A stretch of DNA of 36,729 nucleotides. Source: Eubacteriales bacterium. GTDB taxonomy: Bacteria; Bacillota; Clostridia; Oscillospirales; CAG-272. The notes beneath the pieces are model-generated. The model was not told the DNA's origin and ran no database searches. It saw only the letters and a program-made list of their open reading frames with translations. Both the position numbers and the translations under genes were made by a program. The stretch covers positions 1 to 36,729 of the forward strand of contig JAZSCY010000265.1 in assembly GCA_045530875.1 (NCBI GenBank). The letters run 5' to 3'. Positions 13,579 through 22,042 of the stretch are shown one piece after another. Numbering within the stretch: the first letter of the stretch is position 1; each line of letters starts with the position of its first letter.

Positions 13579-13962
13579 TCATTCCTCCTGTTTCGTCCAG
13601 TAGTAAATCACAACCGTGTCGCCGCTGTCCCACGTATCGAGCCAGGACCCATTTTCCACACAAACAACATGCTGGTGGGGACAAAGGACATACACCCCGG
13701 TGGGATGGTCCCGGCAGAAATCCCGCACCGTGTACCCGTCCCAGTCCTCGGGCACAATGTACCGGTGCCAGCCGTGCCGCCGGAGCACAGCCCCCCAGAC
13801 ATCGTCCGCGTCTGTTTCGTCGCACCGAATGGCCGCTTCCGCCACTTTGGCCGCAAAGGCTGTGTGCCAGTCATCGCCGCCGATGGCTTTGGCCAGCGCA
13901 CGGGTGGAGCAGTCCCCGACCCGCTTACCTCTGGGATTGGGGTTGTAGTATTTCCAGCCCAC
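13579..13962 (-). CDS. Cargo operon gene 1: putative papain-fold Cys-His protein (peptidase/amidase-like), about 127 aa
   Basis: The VGDCSTRALAKA motif (a candidate nucleophile Cys at the start of a helix) pairs with a later VLCPHQHVVCVENG...DTWD. Start chosen at GTG 13962, 8 nt after GGAGG. The ORF-track start at 13971 is itself part of that RBS. Confidence 0.5.
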   Translation of the reverse strand: MGWKYYNPNPRGKRVGDCSTRALAKAIGGDDWHTAFAAKVAEAAIRCDETDADDVWGAVLRRHGWHRYIVPEDWDGYTVRDFCRDHPTGVYVLCPHQHVVCVENGSWLDTWDSGDTVVIYYWTKQEE

Positions 13963-13988
13963 GGGAATCACCTCCGATTTCTGCCAAT

Positions 13989-14017
13989 ATTGTATAAAAA
14001 AAAGAGCCCTGCCTCAA
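13989..14017 (-). promoter_or_regulatory. Candidate promoter of the cargo operon: TTGAGG (14017-14012), 17-nt spacer, TACAAT (13994-13989)
   Basis: Read on the minus strand. The -35 lies in the loop and 3' arm of the upstream terminator hairpin. Confidence 0.3.
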
Positions 14018-14031
14018 TGAAGAGACAGGGC
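13994..14031 (-). terminator. Intrinsic terminator ending the late/lysis operon
   Basis: On the minus strand it reads GCCCTG-tctcttcattgagg-CAGGGC followed by TC and eight T. Confidence 0.65.
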
Positions 14032-14102
14032 AACTTTCGTGCAATATTCAATTATACTTGTATTAAAAGTTGTATTTAATGTAAGTATACGCCGCTTTTT
14101 TG

Positions 14103-14309
14103 TTATTTGGAGGCCGAAACAACACCAAAAAGTGTCTTTTGTGCGTTGTATACAATGTACTTGATGCCACGTACAGACATATCAAATTCTTCGGCCAAAG
14201 GTTCAAAACAAACACCGTCCACCAAACGTCGGATCAGTATCTTCCGATCCCGCTCCCGGTGGATTCGCTCGTTTATAAGATGTGTGATTTCAGAGTTGGT
14301 ATACTCCAT
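14103..14309 (-). CDS. Small HTH protein resembling sigma-70 region 4 / LuxR-type HTH (68 aa)
   Basis: ATG 14309 follows GGGAGAA. ...ILIRRLVDGVCFEPLAEEFDMSVRGIKYIVYNAQKTL is a region-4-like HTH. Confidence 0.55.
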   Translation of the reverse strand: MEYTNSEITHLINERIHRERDRKILIRRLVDGVCFEPLAEEFDMSVRGIKYIVYNAQKTLFGVVSASK

Positions 14310-14357
14310 ACAGTTCTCCCAAAGGAAGGACGTGACCGGATACACATCCGCTTCCGG

Positions 14358-14582
14358 TTATCCCTCTGTTTGCGCTTCTGTGACTTCCGCTTCTGTCGTC
14401 TCTGTCTGGTGGTCATGCATGGCCCAGCTTAGATTGGATAAAACAAGAGCAGTGAGCAGCAGCAGGCAGGCAGCCAGCAGACGACAGTTGACCCGCTCCA
14501 TGCGGAACATCTCTGCTTCGTGTACATAAAACGGGACGTTCGCCGGAGTGCGGTTGTCATGGCAGCTTTGACAGTCGGGCAT
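14358..14582 (-). CDS. Single-pass membrane protein of the lysis cassette (74 aa)
   Basis: GGAGG RBS. The TM segment is LLAACLLLLTALVLSNL. The N-terminus has CQSC. Confidence 0.6.
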   Translation of the reverse strand: MPDCQSCHDNRTPANVPFYVHEAEMFRMERVNCRLLAACLLLLTALVLSNLSWAMHDHQTETTEAEVTEAQTEG

Positions 14583-14586
14583 ATTG

Positions 14587-14811
14587 TCAACCTCCGAACA
14601 GTGATTTCAGGATATCTGCAATCAGGGTTCCGCAAACGCCAGTCAAAAGCCAGTTTGTCACCTTTAGGCGCTGGTCGATGATGGCAAAATGGGTGTTCCC
14701 CTCATTCAGGCGCTTTGTGTAAGCGTCTGTTTGTTCATCGCAGCTTTTACGGGTCACAAAGATAAGCTCCATGTGCTCCCTGATCTGCTGCATATCTTCA
14801 TTACTGATCAT
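14587..14811 (-). CDS. Small protein with a C-terminal membrane segment (74 aa)
   Basis: GAGGAGGA RBS. The C-terminus WLLTGVCGTLIADILKSLFGG is hydrophobic. Confidence 0.6.
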   Translation of the reverse strand: MISNEDMQQIREHMELIFVTRKSCDEQTDAYTKRLNEGNTHFAIIDQRLKVTNWLLTGVCGTLIADILKSLFGG

Positions 14812-15094
14812 TTCCGTCCTCCTCGGTCGGCTTCATCATATCCGCCTCCAGTTCCGCCGTGATCCTCTCCACCATCTGGCGTGCCACATCGACTGCGGAC
14901 TCGCCGAAAATATAGGCGATCAGCACCCCGATGCCGCTGCGGATGATCCCCACCATTTCCGGCGTGAGACCCTCCCCGAACAGCACCGTAAGCGCCATGA
15001 CGACGCCGGCCGCAATGGCGCACCACAGCTTACGGCTCGTCAATTTTTCCGCCCAGTTTGTTTTCGTCTTCGCATTCACAGCATTTTTGTCCAT
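14801..15094 (-). CDS. Putative holin (97 aa, 2 TM)
   Basis: ATG 15094 follows AAGGAG. KLTSRKLWCAIAAGVVMALTVLFG and IGVLIAYIFGESAV are TM segments resembling Firmicutes phage holins. Confidence 0.6.
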   Translation of the reverse strand: MDKNAVNAKTKTNWAEKLTSRKLWCAIAAGVVMALTVLFGEGLTPEMVGIIRSGIGVLIAYIFGESAVDVARQMVERITAELEADMMKPTEEDGNDQ

Positions 15095-15308
15095 GATCCT
15101 GCATCTCCTTTTCGTGTTCGTGATGTTGTTTGGTTTCAAATACACGGATAGCCCCGGCGGCCACAGATTCCACACCCACAGCCGCAGAGATACCCATGAC
15201 AAGGGAGGACGGTTCGTTTCCGGTGATGATCCAGACGACCAGACAGACCGCGAAGAACGCGCCCATATAAAGATAGATCGACAGCAAAAGCCGCTTCATC
15301 CATCTCAT
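15030..15308 (-). CDS. Putative holin/antiholin-like membrane protein (92 aa, 2 TM)
   Basis: ATG 15308 forms an ATGA overlap with the endolysin stop. LLLSIYLYMGAFFAVCLVVWII and LVMGISAAVGVESVAAGAI are hydrophobic. The His/Cys/Glu-rich tail overlaps the next gene by 65 nt. Confidence 0.55.
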   Translation of the reverse strand: MRWMKRLLLSIYLYMGAFFAVCLVVWIITGNEPSSLVMGISAAVGVESVAAGAIRVFETKQHHEHEKEMQDHGQKCCECEDENKLGGKIDEP

Positions 15309-15850
15309 CGCATTGCCTCCCAGAGTTTCCGCCACAGATCCGGCGCATATTTGTACTTGTCCAGATACGCCTTCGTCTGCGCTTCCAGCCCGGCTTTTCG
15401 GCAGACCTTCTCCGCATCCGTCAGCACCTCATGGGAGCCGATCCGGTTGGGGATGCCCAGCGCCATGGTGGGATCAACGGCCCCCCCGTCCGGCCTCCGT
15501 ACCTCAAAATGCAGGTGAGAGCCGGTGGATTTGCCTGTTTTACCCTCAATCCCGATGGTGTCACCGATTTTCACACGATCGCCGGCGCGAACAGAACGCG
15601 CTGCGAGATGGCAGTAGTACGACAATGTACCGTCGTCCGACTGAACGCAGACATAATTGCCCCATTCCCACGTCCGGTTATTGGTGTCCGTTATGATCCG
15701 CGAGAATAAAACACGACCCGGCAGCACCGCCACAACGGTTTTGTCCGACCCCACGAGGTCAATGCCTTTGTGATATTCGGTTATCCCCTTCATCGTGCGC
15801 GTGCCGAAAGCCGAAGTCACCCGGACGGTACCGGTTTTATACGGCAGCAT
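15305..15850 (-). CDS. M23-family peptidoglycan endopeptidase (endolysin)
   Basis: HKGIDL ... GNYVCVQSDDGTLSYYCHL ... GKTGKSTGSHLHFEV are the M23 (LytM) zinc-binding motifs. ATG 15850 follows GGGAGGTGA. Confidence 0.85.
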   Translation of the reverse strand: MLPYKTGTVRVTSAFGTRTMKGITEYHKGIDLVGSDKTVVAVLPGRVLFSRIITDTNNRTWEWGNYVCVQSDDGTLSYYCHLAARSVRAGDRVKIGDTIGIEGKTGKSTGSHLHFEVRRPDGGAVDPTMALGIPNRIGSHEVLTDAEKVCRKAGLEAQTKAYLDKYKYAPDLWRKLWEAMR

Positions 15851-16097
15851 TCCGATCACCTCCCGCCGGCACAAAACAGCCGCAGCCGTCATCATACCTA
15901 TATCCGTCCGGTGTCCCGGGCCGGATAAACCGCTCATCTCCGTCTACGGTTTCATCGTATCCCCATCCGGGATGCACAAAATCCGGTGCCTCCGCAAAAA
16001 CACAGTACGGATATTCCCGCTCTGCCGCTGCCGCTGAGGCAAACCGCTCCGACACATCTTCATGGCAGAACCTGCCCTTAATCAAAAACACCTTCAC
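15837..16097 (-). CDS. Small protein between fibre and endolysin (86 aa)
   Basis: GTG 16097 forms a GTGA overlap with the fibre stop and follows GGGAGGTGG. Confidence 0.5.
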   Translation of the reverse strand: MKVFLIKGRFCHEDVSERFASAAAAEREYPYCVFAEAPDFVHPGWGYDETVDGDERFIRPGTPDGYRYDDGCGCFVPAGGDRNAAV

Positions 16098-17422
16098 GCG
16101 ACCACCTCCCAGGTATAATACTGCAGGATGATCAGACCATGCCCGCCGGATGAAGCGTTGGATCCGCCGCATCCGCCGGCAGCGAGACCGCCGTCACGAC
16201 CAGTAGACCCACCAGCACCGCCGGGACCATAGCCGCCGCCTCCGCCTGCGTTGGATTCGTCCGCATCCCCGCCGGGACCGCCATAGCCGCCGCCTCCTCC
16301 TCCGTTGGATTCGGCACCGTTTCCTCCGTCTCCACCGAGACCGCCGCCGCCTCCGCCCCCGTTGCCGTTGCCGGAACCGATAGAACGTCCGCCGTCTCCG
16401 CCGTCGCCGCCATAGCCGCCGCCTCCGCCTCCGCCGGAACCAGTATTATAACCGGCACCCGGCGAACCGTGGCCCACAAAATCATTGTCCGTGGCAGTTG
16501 TGTCAACACCAGGGCCACCGGAACCGGAACCGGTCGAAGAAACCTTTCCGTTTCCCGCCACCCCGGCACCGCCGCCCGCAGCAGATGAGGCAACGCCGCC
16601 GGAGAAAGCGCCGGCCTTCCCGGAGCCGCCGGATTTTTCTGTTCCGCCTCCGCCTCCGCCTCCATTGGGGCCGCCATTGCCGCCAACAGCCTTGTTTCCG
16701 CCTCCGCCTCCGCCGCCGTCGTCCCCGTTGCCGCCTTTTTTGTAGCTGCAGCCCCCTCCACCGGCTGCACCATCTCCGCCTGCAGTGTTCCCGGCAGATC
16801 CGCCGGATGCCGTCGCCACATCGCCGAATGACGTTGTCCCGCCGTCCATGCCCGGTTTTCCGCCGCAACCAACCACGCAGTCGTAGTGGTCCCTGTCCAG
16901 ATTTGCAACAGTCACAGTCCGCCTGCCGGAACCGCCGCCGCCACCGGAACCGCCGCCGGCACCACCGCCGAACAGCATCAGACGGACATCGCCATGCAGA
17001 CCGGCAGGCTTAAACCATCGGATAGATTCGGTTATGATTTCAGTTTTGAGTACCTCTTTGATGCCGGACATACGCATCCATGTTCTGGTGCTGCCGGATA
17101 CTGCCGTGCAATGATACATGGCACCGCCGGCAATGTATACATCACCGACTTTTGCCTCCAGAGACGATGACGGCGCGCCGGTCCCCACAAAAACCTGACA
17201 AAATCCATTTTTGATGGCCCTGAACGCTCCGTTCGGTGTTTTGTCAGATTCAGCAGTCAGTCCGAACAGTGCCGCCGTGGCATCGGAGAAAAGAGTTGCT
17301 TTGTTGAGTGGAGTACCAACCTGCGTAGGTTCGTCCGCCCACTCCAATTTATAGACATTGGTCTGCCCGGTAACAGGCGTCAGCCTGACCCTGCCCGGGT
17401 ATTTTGATGCTCTGTCAAGCAT
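16094..17422 (-). CDS. Glycine-rich tail fibre / receptor-binding protein (442 aa)
   Basis: The N-terminus TQVGTPLNKATLFSD and the motif GDVYIAGGAMYHCTAVSGSTRTWMRM are typical of Firmicutes phage fibres. About 300 aa of GG(x)GG-type glycine-rich domain follow. ATG 17422 follows AGGTG. Confidence 0.75.
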   Translation of the reverse strand: MLDRASKYPGRVRLTPVTGQTNVYKLEWADEPTQVGTPLNKATLFSDATAALFGLTAESDKTPNGAFRAIKNGFCQVFVGTGAPSSSLEAKVGDVYIAGGAMYHCTAVSGSTRTWMRMSGIKEVLKTEIITESIRWFKPAGLHGDVRLMLFGGGAGGGSGGGGGSGRRTVTVANLDRDHYDCVVGCGGKPGMDGGTTSFGDVATASGGSAGNTAGGDGAAGGGGCSYKKGGNGDDGGGGGGGNKAVGGNGGPNGGGGGGGTEKSGGSGKAGAFSGGVASSAAGGGAGVAGNGKVSSTGSGSGGPGVDTTATDNDFVGHGSPGAGYNTGSGGGGGGGYGGDGGDGGRSIGSGNGNGGGGGGGLGGDGGNGAESNGGGGGGYGGPGGDADESNAGGGGGYGPGGAGGSTGRDGGLAAGGCGGSNASSGGHGLIILQYYTWEVVA

Positions 17423-17831
17423 ACGCCACACCTGCCTCAATCTGGCCGCTGTCAAACCATGTATCCGGTATGGATTCCGCCACCGGTCCCAGCATAGACA
17501 GCATAGCCTCAATTTGATTTGCCATAATAAACGTAAATCGATCCATTGTACCGGGAAGCGGTGGAACCGTGTCAGCAAACCGCAGCGAGTCCCGGAGAGC
17601 CGTCAAAACCCGGATATACTGCGCCATGTCAGACTGCCGGGGTATGTCGTCCGCTGTCCAGTCCTCCCGCAGTGCATCCGGCACGATATAGCCGTAGTCA
17701 GACAGCATCGACCGTATGACATTCGCCGCAGCTCCGACCCGGTTCAGGTCAGAAGCACCATAGGACCCGCGAGCGGATCCGGAGTCCACATCAACCTGTG
17801 TTCTGTCCGTGATCAGATCCGAAAAGCTCAC
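17415..17831 (-). CDS. Tail fibre-associated protein (138 aa)
   Basis: GTG 17831 forms a GTGA overlap and follows GGGAGGTG. ...SYGASDLNRVGAAANVIRSMLSDYGY...EDWTADDIP recalls the N-terminal parts of prophage fibre proteins. Confidence 0.6.
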   Translation of the reverse strand: MSFSDLITDRTQVDVDSGSARGSYGASDLNRVGAAANVIRSMLSDYGYIVPDALREDWTADDIPRQSDMAQYIRVLTALRDSLRFADTVPPLPGTMDRFTFIMANQIEAMLSMLGPVAESIPDTWFDSGQIEAGVAYA

Positions 17832-19543
17832 TGCCCAACACCTCCCGTCACAGCAGACAGACCGCCGGTATAGTCCACCTCAATGGATGTGACCACCGCC
17901 GTCCCTCGTCCGCCATAGATATCATGGATCCGTATAGTGTCCCCCAGCTCAACAGCCGGATCGCACCGGTTTTTCACCGCATACCGTTTCCGTCGGTTGG
18001 ACCATGCCAGCACCCACGCCGCCACAGAGTCCCCCATGGAGGGAGCCACGCAGGGGTTGTTGATGCTCCGAACGTTTTTGCCGCTTCCGGCAGTGTATAC
18101 AGCCTCGCTGTCAACGAACGGATTGCGCACAACGATCTCGACCATGTCCACCGGATCCGCAATGGATACGCCGGAATAATCGTATAGCTCGTTGGCGGTA
18201 ATCTCCTGCAGGGGCTCTCCCAGCTCCAGAGATTCCATCCGGATCACGCCCCGCCGGTCACACCATATGGAACACATGGCAGCCTGCGCCAGAAGCCGAA
18301 GCGCCTCCCGTTTGGATACAGACTGCAGAGCCGGTACCACCATGCGGGAACCTGCATCCCCGCCGAACTGCACGGATACATCCAGTCCGTACATCACAAG
18401 AGCAACAGCATCCGCCAGCGTCATTTCCGCCCCGGAGCCGCCGTTAAACACAGGAGCATCCAGGGACAGAACATAGTCGCTCCCGCGGATCGTAGGCATA
18501 ATGATGTTGCCGGAAACCTCCGCAGTACGGAAATAATAGGATCCCATGTGGATGGATTCTCCATCAATGGAAACAGATGCGTCAATGTGCTGCCCCTCCT
18601 GAAGGTACTCATACAAACCTTCGGGAGAAAGCAGATTGTATTTTTTGTCAGAGTTGTCGAAAGTAAATTCAATCTCCGCCGACGGGAACTCTGCAGCAAT
18701 CGGATCCAGAGAATACCGCAGAATACACCCGCCCACGGAATTGGCGTCAAATGCCTCGGAGTGCCCGAAGACTACCTCAAGCAGCCGTACCCGGCGCAGC
18801 GGTTCGGAGGTTGCCAGAAACGTGAACTGCACGCCTGTGTAATCCTCCGCCGCCAGCTCCAAAAACTGCACAGCACCGGATGTGGAAAATGTGTGCTCCA
18901 CCACATCGCCGTTTGCATAGTATACCGTCACCAGAACCGCCGTGGGATACTGCCCGGTTTTACCATCAAAAAACAGATCCCATCCGATGGTGGACACCGG
19001 ATCGGGGAAATCGTACCGGACCCAGGGAGCGGAACCGCTTCCGGTACCGCCGCCGGGTATGGTTACATACAGACGGTCACCGGAATCCGTGATCTGCATC
19101 ACATCATCCGGCGCCGTGGTTGTCACAGTGTCGGCATCGTCTGTAATGGTCACCCCGTCCGGAAATGTAACGATAACGGTATCCCCCGATACTGTGATAC
19201 CGGGAGATACCGATTCCGCAGCCACTGCAGCCTCTGTCAGAAACACGCCGTCAGCACCGGACATGGACGCAGACCACCACCCTGTCTCCACAGAGGAGAG
19301 AGTGTCCGGAAGTACGGAAAATGACCCGTCCAGCCGCCAAAGCCCCGGCTCAAGCGTGGCATATTTTGCCGATGCCGACCTGGTGTCGTTGATGGTCTGC
19401 CGTGGCCTGTCGATGGCTCCGGCCTCGGATGTGGTCACAGATGCAGACGGTTTCGCCGACAGAGAGAAAACGCCGAACGTAACACCAAGACCAACGTGCC
19501 GCACAGGCGGAAACGGAGCATAAGAATCAGAAACCGGAATCAT
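17828..19543 (-). CDS. Tail tip / baseplate protein (Tal-like, 571 aa)
   Basis: Called from its position after the distal tail protein and tape measure, and from its size. ATGA overlap with the upstream gene. Confidence 0.65.
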   Translation of the reverse strand: MIPVSDSYAPFPPVRHVGLGVTFGVFSLSAKPSASVTTSEAGAIDRPRQTINDTRSASAKYATLEPGLWRLDGSFSVLPDTLSSVETGWWSASMSGADGVFLTEAAVAAESVSPGITVSGDTVIVTFPDGVTITDDADTVTTTAPDDVMQITDSGDRLYVTIPGGGTGSGSAPWVRYDFPDPVSTIGWDLFFDGKTGQYPTAVLVTVYYANGDVVEHTFSTSGAVQFLELAAEDYTGVQFTFLATSEPLRRVRLLEVVFGHSEAFDANSVGGCILRYSLDPIAAEFPSAEIEFTFDNSDKKYNLLSPEGLYEYLQEGQHIDASVSIDGESIHMGSYYFRTAEVSGNIIMPTIRGSDYVLSLDAPVFNGGSGAEMTLADAVALVMYGLDVSVQFGGDAGSRMVVPALQSVSKREALRLLAQAAMCSIWCDRRGVIRMESLELGEPLQEITANELYDYSGVSIADPVDMVEIVVRNPFVDSEAVYTAGSGKNVRSINNPCVAPSMGDSVAAWVLAWSNRRKRYAVKNRCDPAVELGDTIRIHDIYGGRGTAVVTSIEVDYTGGLSAVTGGVGQ

Positions 19544-19917
19544 ACCGTCACCACCTCATACTCTGTTGCCGTCAGTGTGACACCGCACCACTGCTCCACA
19601 CCGGATGCGCCATATTTAAAGGATTTAAGTTCCGGCTGATCCACAAGAAAAGCGGCTGTCCGCTCCCCCTCTGGTTCGTCGTAGGTGATATCCAGCACAT
19701 GATACCGCCGGATCATAGCCCTGAGACGCGCCAGGTCGGAAGCGGAAAGCCACCCGGTGGGGATGGTCAACACGTTTTTTTCTCCGACAAAGTCCATGAC
19801 CGTCCGGCCGGAGGCCATAGTGGCAGTTGTACCGATGGCAACAGGTGTTATGGTGTACCGGAGCCCCGGCAGAAGCTCAACAACCTCACTGCCGTGACTG
19901 ATTCGGATACGCCGCAT
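19540..19917 (-). CDS. Distal tail protein-like (125 aa)
   Basis: Sits immediately downstream of the tape measure gene. Confidence 0.55.
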   Translation of the reverse strand: MRRIRISHGSEVVELLPGLRYTITPVAIGTTATMASGRTVMDFVGEKNVLTIPTGWLSASDLARLRAMIRRYHVLDITYDEPEGERTAAFLVDQPELKSFKYGASGVEQWCGVTLTATEYEVVTV

Positions 19918-22042
19918 GATCGTCCCCCCTTTGTCTGCTGATATCCTTCAAGTTGTCGTATGTCGCCTGTGCGATTTTCTGACCATTCAGGTAGAGCGGC
20001 ACCTCGATTACTGTAGGCATTCCGCTGCCCTGCATGGCAAACATACTGTTGATGGTAGCCGCAGAGGATTTACCGAGCGCAGAGGACGCAAAGTCCACCG
20101 TGGCCGTTGGGATCTGAATAGCATCCCCGATCCGCCGCATGACAGAGTCCACCTTGGAATCGACGCCCACCCACAGCCCTTCCATCAGGTTTTCTCCGAT
20201 ACCGGCGAAGACCCGGGAGGGAGAATGCACATCAAAAATGCCCTTGACAAAGTCAGTCACGGCTGAAAAGGTGTTGGAAACACTGGATTTGATAGCATTC
20301 CATCCTTCTGTGATCCCGGCACCCAGGCCAGAGAGCAAATCCTTACCTGCCTGTTTGATATCTTCCCACCGCTCTGTGATGGCGCCTATGATGCCGTTAA
20401 CGATTTGCGGTACCGCCTTAAGGATTTCGGTGATGATATCCGGCAGGGCACCGACCAGAGCAACAAACAGATCAAACCCAGCGTCGATCATGAGCGGAAG
20501 CAGTTCCACGAGTGCACTTATAATTCCATCGATCAGTATCGGTAGATTGCTGGTTATAATTTCGATGATCAGAGGGAGATTGTCGATCAGTGCCGTGAAA
20601 ATCTGTATCCCGGCGTCCACGATTTTAGGGATCAAAAGCACAAGGGCAGAAATAATCCCATTGATCAGTGTCGGCATTGCCGCAGTCAGATTTGATAAAA
20701 CCAGCGGGAGATTGTCGATCAGTGCAGACAGCAGTTCCACCCCTGTTTCCACCAGGAGAGGAAGCAGACCGAGAAGCCCCGTCACCAGAGCATTGATCAG
20801 ATCTCCGGCAGACGCCGCCAGCTCCGGCAGAGCCGAAATCACGCCGTCCAGCAGAGAGCCGATGATCTTGATACCGGCTTCAAGGAGCTGCACCCCGTTT
20901 GTGACAATCGCTTTCGCCATCGTCACAACCAGATTTACAGCCCGTTCGACCAGTACATTGTTGTACTCCTCGACCCACATCACCAGTGATTCCAGCAGAA
21001 CGCCGAATCCCTCGGAGAATCCGCCGATACCCTCGATCAGCTTGTCCGCGATCATCAGCCCGGCATCAAACGCCGACTGGATCGAATAGTCCGCATTTTC
21101 CAGAATCACGCCGCCAAGCGATCCCATGATAGACGCAATGGCATCCACCGCCACCGGCAGAATGGTGTCGAAAATGGCGGGAATCTGCGGTGCCAGAGCT
21201 TCCACAGCCGCCGCACCGGTTTCCGCCAGTCTGGGCAGAATCTCCACCACATTACTTTGGATCACCTGCGCCGCATTGGAGAAGGAGGAAACAAGAGCAT
21301 CCACGGAACCGGCACCGGAAAGAAAGTCATCCAAAGCCGCCTTTGCCGTACTGAGAGACCCGGCCAGCGTGGCATTTTCCTCGGCGTACTTCCCCGCAGT
21401 GTAAGCTGTCCGCTCCATGAAAAGCTTCATGGCAAGGCCGACCTTCTCCTGCGTGGTCATCTGCTGCACGGTTTTTTCAATGCCCTTTTCCAGCGCATAC
21501 TGCTGCAGAGTGGTGTCGTTAATGGCAACGCCAAGGTTGTCCATCATGGTAAAGTTGCCTTTTGCCGCACCGGCTACGGATTCCATAGCCGCCGAAACAT
21601 CAAGCCCCATAATAGACGCAACATCCGCCGCCCGCTGCATGGAGTCAGCCGCCAGTGATGCCGCCTCGCCGATATCAAACCCGGCACCCTTGAAAAGCGC
21701 ACCCATTTTGTTGGCGGTGGCAAGGAAGCCGGAGGCGGACAGACCCATGTTTTCATAGGCCGTCTCCGCCGTCTTCTGCATCCCTTCGGCGTACTCCTTG
21801 AACACAGCCTCAGAGCCGCCCATGTTCTGCTCCAGCTCACCGCCGGCAGTCAGCGCCTTGCCGGTCAGAGCCGCCACGCCTGCAGAGACAGTGCCCACAG
21901 CGGCAAGACCAACTTTGGCCGCCGTAGCAAGCCCGTCCCCGACCGCACCGGCTACGTTTTTCGCCTTATCAGCAATCCCGGAAATCCCGTCTGTGGCCTG
22001 GTCGTCAATCGCCACCTTGATAAACAAATCCAGCAGATTCAA
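19886..22042 (-). CDS. Tape measure protein (718 aa)
   Basis: Long, Ala/Gly/Leu/Ile-rich and helical, with repeated LIDNLPL...INGIISAL segments. It follows the chaperone pair. TTG start in a TTGA overlap, after GGAGGTGA. Confidence 0.85.
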   Translation of the reverse strand: MNLLDLFIKVAIDDQATDGISGIADKAKNVAGAVGDGLATAAKVGLAAVGTVSAGVAALTGKALTAGGELEQNMGGSEAVFKEYAEGMQKTAETAYENMGLSASGFLATANKMGALFKGAGFDIGEAASLAADSMQRAADVASIMGLDVSAAMESVAGAAKGNFTMMDNLGVAINDTTLQQYALEKGIEKTVQQMTTQEKVGLAMKLFMERTAYTAGKYAEENATLAGSLSTAKAALDDFLSGAGSVDALVSSFSNAAQVIQSNVVEILPRLAETGAAAVEALAPQIPAIFDTILPVAVDAIASIMGSLGGVILENADYSIQSAFDAGLMIADKLIEGIGGFSEGFGVLLESLVMWVEEYNNVLVERAVNLVVTMAKAIVTNGVQLLEAGIKIIGSLLDGVISALPELAASAGDLINALVTGLLGLLPLLVETGVELLSALIDNLPLVLSNLTAAMPTLINGIISALVLLIPKIVDAGIQIFTALIDNLPLIIEIITSNLPILIDGIISALVELLPLMIDAGFDLFVALVGALPDIITEILKAVPQIVNGIIGAITERWEDIKQAGKDLLSGLGAGITEGWNAIKSSVSNTFSAVTDFVKGIFDVHSPSRVFAGIGENLMEGLWVGVDSKVDSVMRRIGDAIQIPTATVDFASSALGKSSAATINSMFAMQGSGMPTVIEVPLYLNGQKIAQATYDNLKDISRQRGDDHAAYPNQSRQ

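Noticed and set aside
16132-16908. Alternative-frame ORFs inside the Gly-rich fibre gene (16132-16908, 16498-17013, 16503-16868, 16485-16745)
   Set aside because: These are Ala/Pro/Arg-rich shadows of GGN-repeat DNA. Only the Gly frame connects to the conserved fibre N-terminus and to the GTGA-coupled downstream gene.
17094-17110. Short DNA identity between the two fibre genes (also 29055-29071) as a possible diversity-generating retroelement template/variable pair
   Set aside because: Only about 17 nt are shared. No reverse transcriptase gene is present, and the match is explained by a conserved fibre protein motif.
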